Shown here piece by piece: positions 10,373 to 18,847 of a stretch of 64,000 nucleotides of DNA. How positions within the stretch are numbered: position 1 is the first letter of the stretch; the number at the start of each line of letters is the position of its first letter. Under the pieces are notes generated by a model that did no database searches, was not told the origin of the DNA, and saw nothing but the letters and a program-made list of their open reading frames with translations. This DNA comes from an uncultured Anaerolineales bacterium (GTDB taxonomy: Bacteria; Chloroflexota; Anaerolineae; Anaerolineales; UBA11858), in assembly GCA_964603385.1 (NCBI GenBank), contig CAZRUS010000012.1, positions 3,738-67,737 of the forward strand, written 5' to 3'. Both the position numbers and the translations under genes were made by a program.

Positions 10373-11494
10373 TTACATCCAGGATTGAAACGCCCCCTGT
10401 TTTATCTGGGTAACCGAACGGTTTTTTTTCAATGAATAATAATGGCGGATTGGCTTTAATGTCAGCTGGTAATCCCGCTCCTGCGCCCAGGAAGCCAGCG
10501 TCACTAACTCCTCCAGGCTCTGCTGCATAGCCAGCCCTTCCTGAATACCAAAGCGGTAGGTGAGCAAATGGGGGTTTTCTTCCTCGAGATAATTGAGGAC
10601 GAGCTTGGCCGCCTGCAGGATCTCCCCGGTGGGGGGGAGGTCAGTCAGCTGCTGCAGGGCATCGATGGGAAGATTAAGATTGATGCGGAATATTTTCAAT
10701 ATTGCCGGCCGGTGAAGAAACTTGGCCAGCGCCTGGGGGTGCTCAGGCATCAGTCTCGCTGGTAGGGGGATGTTCTCCCCCTGGGGATCCAGCAGAGAGA
10801 TCTCCAGCTGGAAGGATTCATCGCGGATCTCAGGCTCAGAACGATAATCCTCAGGAGGCACCAGCTCATGGACAGCATCCATCACCTGATTGGCATATTG
10901 CTGGAAGAACACTTTGCGTTTTTGATCAGGTGGAATCTCCGCAGCGGCCATTAGATTACCGACGTGCATTTTCAGCGCAGGCCTTTTTAATGCCAACCCC
11001 TCATGCAGCGCACCGGTTGTATCATTAAACCCGATTGGAAGGACCGGGGCTCCGGAGCGGTAGCTCAACCAGGCGATCCCTGTGTGGGCTTCTTTTTTTC
11101 CTTCTTCCCAGATGCCTCCCTCCGGGAACAGCCCTACCACTCCCTGCTGATCCAACACCCCGAGGGCTGCTTCCAGTGCGGCTCGATCATAGGCGCCGCG
11201 GTGGAGGGGAATCACGCCGTACCCGCTGCTGACATATTCGGTGATTTTTTCTGCTGGGATGTCCGCTGCGCTGAGCATCTCAATTTGCCAGGGAGAATAG
11301 ATGATCAGCAGCACGGCTTCCATTGCTGCCGTGTGATTGCCAACCACCAGCAGGGGTCCGGATCGGGGATAATTTTTGCGCCCGGAGATCTCAATCTTGA
11401 AGAATAGAGGGAGAATAATTCTTCCCAGGATTTTCATCAGGAATCGAGCTGCCCGCTTTCGCGGGTAAGGGAGGCGTTGTTTGTTTCCAGGCAT
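10373..11494 (-). CDS. lysophospholipid (1-acyl-sn-glycerol-3-phosphate) acyltransferase-family protein with a C-terminal extension
   Basis: VVGNHTAAMEA (HX4D-like block with E) and FPEGG block. About 170 aa of unassigned C-terminal domain. Confidence 0.6.
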   Translation of the reverse strand: MPGNKQRLPYPRKRAARFLMKILGRIILPLFFKIEISGRKNYPRSGPLLVVGNHTAAMEAVLLIIYSPWQIEMLSAADIPAEKITEYVSSGYGVIPLHRGAYDRAALEAALGVLDQQGVVGLFPEGGIWEEGKKEAHTGIAWLSYRSGAPVLPIGFNDTTGALHEGLALKRPALKMHVGNLMAAAEIPPDQKRKVFFQQYANQVMDAVHELVPPEDYRSEPEIRDESFQLEISLLDPQGENIPLPARLMPEHPQALAKFLHRPAILKIFRINLNLPIDALQQLTDLPPTGEILQAAKLVLNYLEEENPHLLTYRFGIQEGLAMQQSLEELVTLASWAQERDYQLTLKPIRHYYSLKKNRSVTQIKQGAFQSWM

Positions 11495-11619
11495 GGAAGC
11501 CTTACTTCCTCTTTTGGGGTGGTTTCTCTCCTGTCAGGATGATCACAAGGAGAAACAGCTATCATGGTATCATCAGGATCTGCATCGAAAGGGACGAGAA
11601 TACAAGCAGTCAACTGCTG

Positions 11620-12351
11620 TTATCTCAGTTGGGAAGCTGCCTGACGATCTACATACCAGCGAAGGTTACCTGAAGTGGGAGAGATCAGCCGGGCTGGACA
11701 CTCTGCAGCCGGTGGATGCCCCTGGAGCACGGTTTTCAGGGCAGCTGCCTTGGATTTCCCACTGACCAGAAAAATCACTTCTGCAGCTGCATTGATAACC
11801 CTGGGGGTAAGGGTGATCCTCCAGGACGAGCGGCGGGGAAGATAATTTGCTGCCACCCAGTCTCCCGGCTGCGGATCTGTTACAGCTGGCGTGTTGGGGA
11901 AGAGCGATGCGGTATGGCAGTCTTCGCCCAAACCTAATAAGATGAGATCGAAGCGGGGTGGATGAGCTGAAAAGAACGCTGCCAGCTCCCTCTGGTATTC
12001 GCTGGCTGCTTCAGCTGGCGCCAGCTCTCCTGGAATGCGGTGGATATTTTCATCTGGGATGGGCCGGCTTCCGAGAAGGTGTTCCGCTGCTGCCCGGTAG
12101 TTGCTGTCCTCATGATCGGGGGGGACCAGGCGTTCATCTCCCCAGAAAAAGTGCATCGAGGACCAGGGAAGCGGCTCGAAAAAGGGATCCTTTCCCAGAA
12201 GCTGGTAAAGAGGAAGAGGCGTGCTGCCTCCAGAAAGGGCAGCAGTGAACTGATTCTGATCGGAAGCAGCCTGGGAGGAAAGCTCCGCGAATCGCGCAGC
12301 AGCTCCCCTGGATAACATTTCCAGCGTGTCAAATATCTGCAGGGTCCCCAT
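11620..12351 (-). CDS. pgl: 6-phosphogluconolactonase
   Basis: ALSGGSTPLPLYQLL and FFWGDERLVPPDHEDSNY motifs. Confidence 0.85.
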   Translation of the reverse strand: MGTLQIFDTLEMLSRGAAARFAELSSQAASDQNQFTAALSGGSTPLPLYQLLGKDPFFEPLPWSSMHFFWGDERLVPPDHEDSNYRAAAEHLLGSRPIPDENIHRIPGELAPAEAASEYQRELAAFFSAHPPRFDLILLGLGEDCHTASLFPNTPAVTDPQPGDWVAANYLPRRSSWRITLTPRVINAAAEVIFLVSGKSKAAALKTVLQGHPPAAECPARLISPTSGNLRWYVDRQAASQLR

Positions 12352-12427
12352 CCCAAATTGCTTTCCCTTCTGACCGATTCCTGTGATTTGGTTCTGAGCG
12401 ATATCTATTGTAATCTATCGGGGGCAT

Positions 12428-12461
12428 CCCTGGTGATTAAATCAGCCGTAGATCACCAGGG
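12428..12461. promoter_or_regulatory. perfect 10-bp inverted repeat (CCCTGGTGAT-N14-ATCACCAGGG) upstream of the ECF sigma gene
   Basis: Read directly in the pgl/sigma divergent intergenic region. Could be an operator or a leader hairpin. Confidence 0.3.
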
Positions 12462-12581
12462 TGCTGGTACCGCGATAGGTGTTTTTGGAACACCTGGGAG
12501 TGGAATGGATTGGAAACGCTTGGAAAAGACACCTGTGTTATACTTTTTGATGATCAGTAACCAAAAAAGGTTTGTGGTGTT

Positions 12582-13145
12582 ATGAATAGTGCGGAGGAAC
12601 AACAGAAAGACAGGCCGGAAAGTGACTTGATCGCTGAAGCCTGTCAGGGAAATGCGGAAGCCTTTGGCCAGCTGTATGAGAATTATGTGGATCAAATCTA
12701 CAGCTATCTGTATTACCGCACCCATTCCCCCCGGGAAGCAGAGGATCTCTGCTCCAGGGTCTTTCTGAGAGCGCTGCGGCATATTGAAAATTATGAAGAC
12801 CGCGGATATCCTTTTTCAGCGTGGCTTTACCGGATTGCCCATAACCTGTTGGTCAACTGGTATAGAGACCGGGAGCGGGATCAGGAAATTCCTCTGGTGG
12901 ATCAGTATCCCCCTCCCTCTGTCAGGGCAAAAACCGAGACCAGACTGGAGGAGATGGACAAGAGGGAAAAGCTGCTCCGGATCGTCAGAACGCTGCCCGA
13001 TGACCGTCAGGAATTGCTGATCTTGAAGCATGTTGAAGGACTGACAAATAAGGAAATCGGGCAGATCATGGGGCGGACGGAAGGGGCCATTAAGGCGCTT
13101 TACCACCGCACACTGGTTTCTTTGCGGGATGATTATCATGTCTAG
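12582..13145 (+). CDS. RNA polymerase ECF-type sigma-70 factor
   Basis: Region 2 (FGQLYENYVDQIYSYLYYR...FSAWLYRIAHNLLVNWYR) and region 4 (LPDDRQELLILKHVEGLTNKEIGQIMGRTEGAIKALYHR). Confidence 0.9.
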   Translation: MNSAEEQQKDRPESDLIAEACQGNAEAFGQLYENYVDQIYSYLYYRTHSPREAEDLCSRVFLRALRHIENYEDRGYPFSAWLYRIAHNLLVNWYRDRERDQEIPLVDQYPPPSVRAKTETRLEEMDKREKLLRIVRTLPDDRQELLILKHVEGLTNKEIGQIMGRTEGAIKALYHRTLVSLRDDYHV

Positions 13146-13160
13146 AAAGGATGGGCTGCA

Positions 13161-14009
13161 GTGCTGAGAATAGTCATGGACAGCGCCGGTGACCTGCCGG
13201 CGGAATGGATTCAGGAATACGAGATTGAAGTCATCCCCATTAATATTCACCTCGGGGAAGATCTTCGTTTGGAAAATGTCACCCTGAGCCTGGATCAATT
13301 TTACCAATGGGTTGAAGAGACCGGACGGATCCCCAAATCTTCCCAGCCTTCTCCCCAGCAGTGTCTGGCCTTTTACCGTCGAATTGCAGACCCCGGGGAT
13401 GTCATCCTTTCCATCCATCTCACCAGCAAACTGTCCGGGACCTATGAATCCGCGGTGATCGCCTCCAGAGAGCTGGAAGGGGAACTGAAAGTGATCCCTT
13501 TTGACACCCTGTCCGGCACGGCGATCCAGGGGTACATGTGCTGCGAGGCGAGGGTGATGGACCGCAAAGGGGCATCGATCAACCAGATTCTGGATCGTTT
13601 GAAAAACATCCGGGAGAACACAGAGGTGATCTTCACGTTGAACAGTCTGGATTTTGCCCGCATGTCAGGACGGGTGCAGATGCTGGAATCCCTGCTGGCC
13701 TCCCTGTTGAAGATTAAACCCATTGTGATCCTCAAAGAAGGAACCCTGGCCATCGGCCACAAGGTACGCACCCGGAAAGCCAGTCTGGAATATGTGCTGC
13801 AGGAGACGGCCAGACGGGTGGGGAAGGAGCTGGTAAACGCTGCTGTGATTCATGCCCATGATCTGATCTCCGCAGAAATGTTTGCTGAACGTGTAAAGGA
13901 AATTATTAACACCAAGCAGTTTTTTATTGAAGAGTTATCTATTGGCATCGCTGCCAATTTAGGTCCCGGGACAATCGGGATAGTTGCCTACCCGGCAGGG
14001 GAAGGATGA
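13161..14009 (+). CDS. DegV-family fatty-acid-binding protein
   Basis: GTG start. The N-terminus IVMDSAGDLP and the overall 280-aa architecture are typical of DegV. Confidence 0.8.
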   Translation: MLRIVMDSAGDLPAEWIQEYEIEVIPINIHLGEDLRLENVTLSLDQFYQWVEETGRIPKSSQPSPQQCLAFYRRIADPGDVILSIHLTSKLSGTYESAVIASRELEGELKVIPFDTLSGTAIQGYMCCEARVMDRKGASINQILDRLKNIRENTEVIFTLNSLDFARMSGRVQMLESLLASLLKIKPIVILKEGTLAIGHKVRTRKASLEYVLQETARRVGKELVNAAVIHAHDLISAEMFAERVKEIINTKQFFIEELSIGIAANLGPGTIGIVAYPAGEG

Positions 14010-14326
14010 TGAGTACGATGGCTGAATTCAACGAAAAGGCTCAAGAGTTAGCTCGAATTGACGCTGTGCTGCAGAAAAACCTGACAGCGGTGAAGCCGCG
14101 GCCAGCTTTTGTCAGCCGGCTGAAGCTGGAGCTGGACCAGGAGATAGAAAAACGTCAGAAAACCAAAAAAGTCGCTAAAGGAATTCTGGTTGCTGGCGGG
14201 ATCGTCGGCAGTGCAGCCTTGATTTTCACGGTGATCCGCTCGCTGACGGAAGGGGACGGCCTTGTACAGACCATAACAAGGCAGATTTCCCGTCTGAAAA
14301 AGCGGGAGGGGACTGCCTCGGCATAA
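14006..14326 (+). CDS. small single-pass membrane protein (possible anti-sigma-like partner; function unknown)
   Basis: ATGA overlap with the degV stop. Charged N-terminus, one TM helix (GILVAGGIVGSAALIFTVI). Confidence 0.45.
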   Translation: MMSTMAEFNEKAQELARIDAVLQKNLTAVKPRPAFVSRLKLELDQEIEKRQKTKKVAKGILVAGGIVGSAALIFTVIRSLTEGDGLVQTITRQISRLKKREGTASA

Positions 14327-14394
14327 ATGTTTGCTGATGAGGGGGCGCCGCTTTCTTCCCCTCATCCCGGAGTCAAAATCGTCTGGATATCTGA

Positions 14395-14422
14395 CAGGAT
14401 GCTCCTGGGCGGGAGCATCCTG
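14395..14422 (+). terminator. hairpin after the sigma-degV-small gene unit
   Basis: 11-bp stem CAGGATGCTCC / GGAGCATCCTG with a 6-nt loop, followed by TTGTGTCTT. A second 8-bp hairpin lies at 14337-14365. Confidence 0.4.
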
Positions 14423-14480
14423 TTGTGTCTTCGGGGCGGTCAATTCAGGAAGGACGGCTTCCTGTGCTACAATTTTGATC

Positions 14481-15146
14481 ATGAAAGAGCGCTATTTTAA
14501 AACGGAGACAATGGGCGCAGCTGCCCAATCCTGGAAGGAAAACATTTACCGGAGCCTTCGGGGACCCCGCCTCAGCCTGGAGATCAGCCGGGCTGCACTT
14601 CTTGTTTTGGATCTGCAGGCCTATTTTTTAGAGCCGGATTCTCACGCTTATATTCCCAGCGCACCGCTTATCCTGTCCTCGCTGAATAGACTCATTACCG
14701 GGATGCGGGGCTGTCAGCGGCCGGTGTTCCTTTCACAGCATATCAACACACCTCAAAACGCGGGAATGATGTCGACATGGTGGCGGGATTTGATCCGGGA
14801 GGATCATCCTCGCAGCGGATTTGCCGCCGGTCTGGCAGCTGCGGAAGGAAAGATTCTACAAAAAACCCAATATGATGCCTTTTACGAAACGGATCTGGAG
14901 GAGACCCTCAAAGAAGCGGGTGTGAGTCAGCTGATTATCACCGGTGTGATGACACATCTGTGCTGTGAAACCACTGCCCGGTCTGCGTTCATACGGGGAT
15001 TTGAGGTATTTTTTCCTGCGGATGGCACAGCAACCTACAACCAGGAGCTGCATTTAGCCACCCTGAAAACGCTGGCGCATGGGTTTGCGGATATAATCAC
15101 CTGCGGTGAGGTGCTGCAGGCGATCGACCGGATATGTGAGGGCTGA
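14481..15146 (+). CDS. isochorismatase-family cysteine hydrolase
   Basis: LLVLDLQAYF and GVMTHLCCETTARSA motifs. ATG at 14481 chosen; the upstream part of the track ORF looks non-coding. Confidence 0.75.
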   Translation: MKERYFKTETMGAAAQSWKENIYRSLRGPRLSLEISRAALLVLDLQAYFLEPDSHAYIPSAPLILSSLNRLITGMRGCQRPVFLSQHINTPQNAGMMSTWWRDLIREDHPRSGFAAGLAAAEGKILQKTQYDAFYETDLEETLKEAGVSQLIITGVMTHLCCETTARSAFIRGFEVFFPADGTATYNQELHLATLKTLAHGFADIITCGEVLQAIDRICEG

Positions 15147-16024
15147 TGATTGAGGTAGCGGTGATTGGAGCGGGACCTGCAGGGCTGGCGGCAGCCATGC
15201 AGCTGACCAGGCAGGGAATGGACTGTCTTGTCTTTGAGGCCGATGTGCCCGGTGGTCTGCTTCACAATGCCAATCTCGTTGAGAACTACCCCGGCTTCCC
15301 CGGAGGAATTCCTGGTCCCCGGCTGGCTGCTCTCTTTCAGGAACAGGCTGAGCAGCTGGGGGTGAGGATCAACCGGCGGCAGGTCAGGAACCTTACCTGG
15401 CAGGATCAGGCGTTTTTACTCACCACGGATAAGGGGGTTCGCCATGCGGAAAAAACGGTTGTCGCCACCGGAACCAGGGCTGTTCCTTTCCAGGATGTTC
15501 CTGTTAGCTCTCAGGCGGCCGAGAGAATATTCACGGAAGTGGTCGAACTCTCTGGGGTGAAAGGAAAAAGGATTCTTATCATCGGCGCCGGGGATGCGGC
15601 TTTCGATTATGCGCTCAATCTCTCCCGGGAAAATCAGGTAACAATCCTCAACCGGAGCGGCAGGATCTTGGCGCTGGATTTGCTCCAACAGCGGGTAAAA
15701 TTCCACAGCAGCATCAAATATCACGCTGACACAATCGTCAAGCAGATCGCTGTAGGTGGACCTGGAGATCTACTGGTAAGTGTTCACAAGCCGACCGGTG
15801 AAGAGGTAATGTCGGCTGATTATCTGCTCACTGCAATTGGCCGGGTCCCGGCTGATGAGTTTATCGATCCAACCCTTCTGGATCCTCCAGCAGCAGGGAT
15901 CCCGGCAGGCAGCCTGTTCTTCGTTGGGGATATCCGCAGCGGACGTTTCCGGCAGACAGCCATGGCTGTGGGGGACGGTGTCCGAGCAGCGATGGAAATC
16001 TATTTCAGGAAGGAGAAAGAGTGA
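15146..16024 (+). CDS. thioredoxin-reductase-like FAD/NAD(P)-binding flavoprotein lacking the CxxC redox centre
   Basis: VIGAGPAGLAAA and ILIIGAGDAAFDYA dinucleotide folds. No Cys pair where TrxB has CATCDG. ATGA overlap with the upstream gene. Confidence 0.7.
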   Translation: MIEVAVIGAGPAGLAAAMQLTRQGMDCLVFEADVPGGLLHNANLVENYPGFPGGIPGPRLAALFQEQAEQLGVRINRRQVRNLTWQDQAFLLTTDKGVRHAEKTVVATGTRAVPFQDVPVSSQAAERIFTEVVELSGVKGKRILIIGAGDAAFDYALNLSRENQVTILNRSGRILALDLLQQRVKFHSSIKYHADTIVKQIAVGGPGDLLVSVHKPTGEEVMSADYLLTAIGRVPADEFIDPTLLDPPAAGIPAGSLFFVGDIRSGRFRQTAMAVGDGVRAAMEIYFRKEKE

Positions 16025-16980
16025 CTGTGAATGTGGATGTGGTGGCATGCGCTGGAAATCCAGAGATCGCGATGGTTTATGTGGTGGAATTTGATGGGGA
16101 ACTAGTTGAGTGCGTTGAAGCAGTCCAGCCGCCCATTGAACGGGAAGAAAAATGGGTTTTAATGATTTCTACGCTGTTTGGCTGCCCTGTTGCCTGCCGG
16201 ATCTGTGATGCCGGGGGGCATTATCGAGGGAAACTATCGGCAGAGCAGATGCTTGCCCAGATCCAATTTTTGATCGGCCAGCGCTACCCGGATGGCCGGG
16301 TTCCCTCCCGGCAGTTTAAAATCCAATTTGCCCGCATGGGGGAGCCGGCCCTGAACCCGGCAGTACTGGATCTGCTGGAGACGCTTCCGGAAAGAATTGA
16401 CGCTCCCGGATTGATGCCTTCCTTATCCACCATCGCTCCCAGCGGCTGCGAGAGCTTTCTGGACCGCCTGCTGGATGTTAAAGATCGTCTTTACCCTGGG
16501 GGGAAATTTCAGTTCCAGTTTTCTTTACATACGACGGATTCGTCTCTTCGCGATCAGCTGCTGCCGGTGAAGAAATGGGATTTTCCGGAAATGGCTGCTT
16601 ATGGAAACAGGTTTGTTCGGCCTGGGGACCGCAAAGTGACTCTGAATTTTGCCCTGGCAGAAGACAGCCCTGTGGATCCACTTGTTCTTAAAAAGCACTT
16701 TTCTCCGGACACATTTTTAATTAAGATCACCCCCCTGAATCCAACCTATCAGGCAGAAAAATCCGGATTGAATTCTTATGTGAAATCATCCAGCAAGAAG
16801 TCTCACTACCCGGTGATTGCGGCTCTTGAGGAGGCAGGGTATCAGGTCATCCTAAGTATTGGGGAGACCGAGGAGAACAAGATCGGATCGAACTGCGGAC
16901 AATATGTCCAGAAGCACCTGCTTTCCCGGAAAAAGATCAGAACCGGATATACATACCAATTAAAGCAATCCCTGGAATAA
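16021..16980 (+). CDS. radical SAM enzyme, RlmN/Cfr-like core
   Basis: CPVACRIC (CxxxCxxC), MGEPALN, and a C-terminal NCGQY equivalent to the RlmN ACGQL. GTGA overlap with the upstream gene. Confidence 0.7.
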   Translation: MTVNVDVVACAGNPEIAMVYVVEFDGELVECVEAVQPPIEREEKWVLMISTLFGCPVACRICDAGGHYRGKLSAEQMLAQIQFLIGQRYPDGRVPSRQFKIQFARMGEPALNPAVLDLLETLPERIDAPGLMPSLSTIAPSGCESFLDRLLDVKDRLYPGGKFQFQFSLHTTDSSLRDQLLPVKKWDFPEMAAYGNRFVRPGDRKVTLNFALAEDSPVDPLVLKKHFSPDTFLIKITPLNPTYQAEKSGLNSYVKSSSKKSHYPVIAALEEAGYQVILSIGETEENKIGSNCGQYVQKHLLSRKKIRTGYTYQLKQSLE

Positions 16981-17038
16981 ACTCAATCTCCCCGGCGGAA
17001 TGCGCTGGATGGAACCTGGCAGCAAAGGAAGTGTCCTA

Positions 17039-18103
17039 ATGGATGAGTTGATCCCCACAATTAGAGGATGGCTGCAAAGCGGCCGAAAAGTAGCCCTGGC
17101 CACGGTGATCGAAACCTGGGGCTCCTCTCCGCGACCACCGGGATCGAACATGGCGGTAACCGATGAGCAGCAGATAGCCGGTTCTGTCAGCGGCGGTTGT
17201 GTGGAGGGGGCGGTTGTCGAGGCAGCCCAGACAGTGCTGATCTCCCAGAAACCGGAAAGGCTGCATTTTGGTGTCAGTAATGATCAGGCCTGGGATGTAG
17301 GACTTGCCTGTGGGGGGGAGATTGATGTTTTCCTGCGATATATGCAGCCTGTCTGGCTTGACCAGTGGGAGAAAGCTCGGGCTGATGATCAATCCTTTTG
17401 CCTGGTGCTGGTTACCCGAGGGCCTGACGAGCTGGTGGGCACTCAGTGGATCCAGCAGAGCGAGGGGAATATAATTGCGGTGGATGTCCCGGAAAAAGAA
17501 CTCAATCGGGCCCAAAATCTGGCTGCCCAGGCGTTGGTCGAGGGAACAACCGGGGAAAAAGAGCTTAGGGAAGCGAGTTCTCCCGGGGAAGCCACCCGAA
17601 GGTATTTTCTTCAGGTGGTCGACCCCCAGCTGCAGCTGATTGCGGTAGGTGGAGGGCATATCTCGAAGCCGCTGGTTCAACTGGCCGAAGTCCTTGGCTT
17701 CCATTGTACAGTTATCGATCCTCGACGGTTGTTCGGCAGTCGGGAAAGGTTTCCCGGGGTTGATGAGCTGATTCAATCCTGGCCGCAGGAGGCCTTCAGC
17801 AGGATCAAAATCACCCGGCAAACGGCGGTGGTAATGCTCACCCATGATCCGAAAATTGATGATCCAGCCCTGGAGATCTCTCTGAACAGTGAGGCGTTCT
17901 ACATCGGAGCGCTGGGCAGCAGGAAGACTCATGAAAAGCGAAAGGAAAGGCTGCGCAGGGCAGGGCTCTCTGAGGAAAGAATTGCCCGCATTCACGCTCC
18001 GGTGGGATTGGACCTGGGGGGAAACTCTGCGGAGGAAATTGCCCTGGCCGTGATGGCAGAAATTGTCAGAGAGCGCAATCTGAGGTCTGAAAACCACTTC
18101 TGA
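17039..18103 (+). CDS. XdhC/CoxI-family molybdoenzyme maturation (accessory) protein
   Basis: N-terminal XdhC_CoxI-like region (GRKVALATVIETWGSSPRPPGSNMAV) and a C-terminal Rossmann-like LIAVGGGHISKPL. Confidence 0.8.
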   Translation: MDELIPTIRGWLQSGRKVALATVIETWGSSPRPPGSNMAVTDEQQIAGSVSGGCVEGAVVEAAQTVLISQKPERLHFGVSNDQAWDVGLACGGEIDVFLRYMQPVWLDQWEKARADDQSFCLVLVTRGPDELVGTQWIQQSEGNIIAVDVPEKELNRAQNLAAQALVEGTTGEKELREASSPGEATRRYFLQVVDPQLQLIAVGGGHISKPLVQLAEVLGFHCTVIDPRRLFGSRERFPGVDELIQSWPQEAFSRIKITRQTAVVMLTHDPKIDDPALEISLNSEAFYIGALGSRKTHEKRKERLRRAGLSEERIARIHAPVGLDLGGNSAEEIALAVMAEIVRERNLRSENHF

Positions 18104-18146
18104 ACGGGTAATCTGATTTCATTGGATCGCCCCGCTGTGAAGCAGA

Positions 18147-18175
18147 TTGACAGCTGGGCGCTTTCCATCTATACT
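18147..18175 (+). promoter_or_regulatory. sigma-70-type promoter TTGACA-N17-TATACT for the TetR/ABC operon
   Basis: Read directly: -35 TTGACA at 18147-18152, a 17-nt spacer, -10 TATACT at 18170-18175. Confidence 0.6.
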
Positions 18176-18200
18176 AACTTACCAATCGTTCAGTAAGTTA
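18175..18200 (+). promoter_or_regulatory. putative TetR operator: inverted repeat TAACTTAC-N10-GTAAGTTA
   Basis: Perfect 8-bp arms that overlap the last base of the -10 and extend downstream over the predicted transcription start. Confidence 0.5.
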
Positions 18201-18216
18201 GGATTTGGCAGGGTAG

Positions 18217-18834
18217 GTGATGAGCAGTCAAAGCAGCAGGGTGGGACGGCAGAGCATCATTGAGCAGGCTGAGAAGCTGTTTACAGAATACGGCTACCAA
18301 TCAGTTTCTATCAGGGAGATCGCTGATGCCTGTGGGGTGACGAACGCTGCGCTTTATTATCACTTTGACAATAAGGCAGCCCTTTTCTCGGAAGTAATTC
18401 AGCACCATGCCCGGAGTATAAACCAGTCCGCCTGGGCGGCAGCAGAGCAGGAGGAAACCTACCTGGCGAAAGTCCAGTCGATGGCCAAGGTGTACCTGAC
18501 CATGGTATCAGAAAAGCGGCCGTTCATGAATCTGATCAGGATTAAAGAGGTCAATCAAGGGGATTCCCAGCTGCAGGTCAATCTGATCGAAACCCTGCAA
18601 ACGGTGTTTGGTCCCTTTGACCAGATCATCCAGCAGGCGCAGGCGGCCGGGGAACTGGTGGACCTCCCGGACGAGTACTCCCCGGCTGCCATCCTGGTCG
18701 GGATGCTTCACGGCCTGGGGGGCCATAAGATGATCTGTCATCAAGAGATGATGAATGCGCAGGATGTTGACTATATCGTTGAGCTTTTCTGGCGGGGGAT
18801 GGTCAGGCAGAAAGCAGATTCTTTGGGCGGATAA
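18217..18834 (+). CDS. TetR/AcrR-family transcriptional regulator
   Basis: HTH region YQSVSIREIADACGVTNAALYYHFDNK. Confidence 0.9.
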   Translation: MMSSQSSRVGRQSIIEQAEKLFTEYGYQSVSIREIADACGVTNAALYYHFDNKAALFSEVIQHHARSINQSAWAAAEQEETYLAKVQSMAKVYLTMVSEKRPFMNLIRIKEVNQGDSQLQVNLIETLQTVFGPFDQIIQQAQAAGELVDLPDEYSPAAILVGMLHGLGGHKMICHQEMMNAQDVDYIVELFWRGMVRQKADSLGG

Positions 18835-18847
18835 CAGGTGAGCAGGA

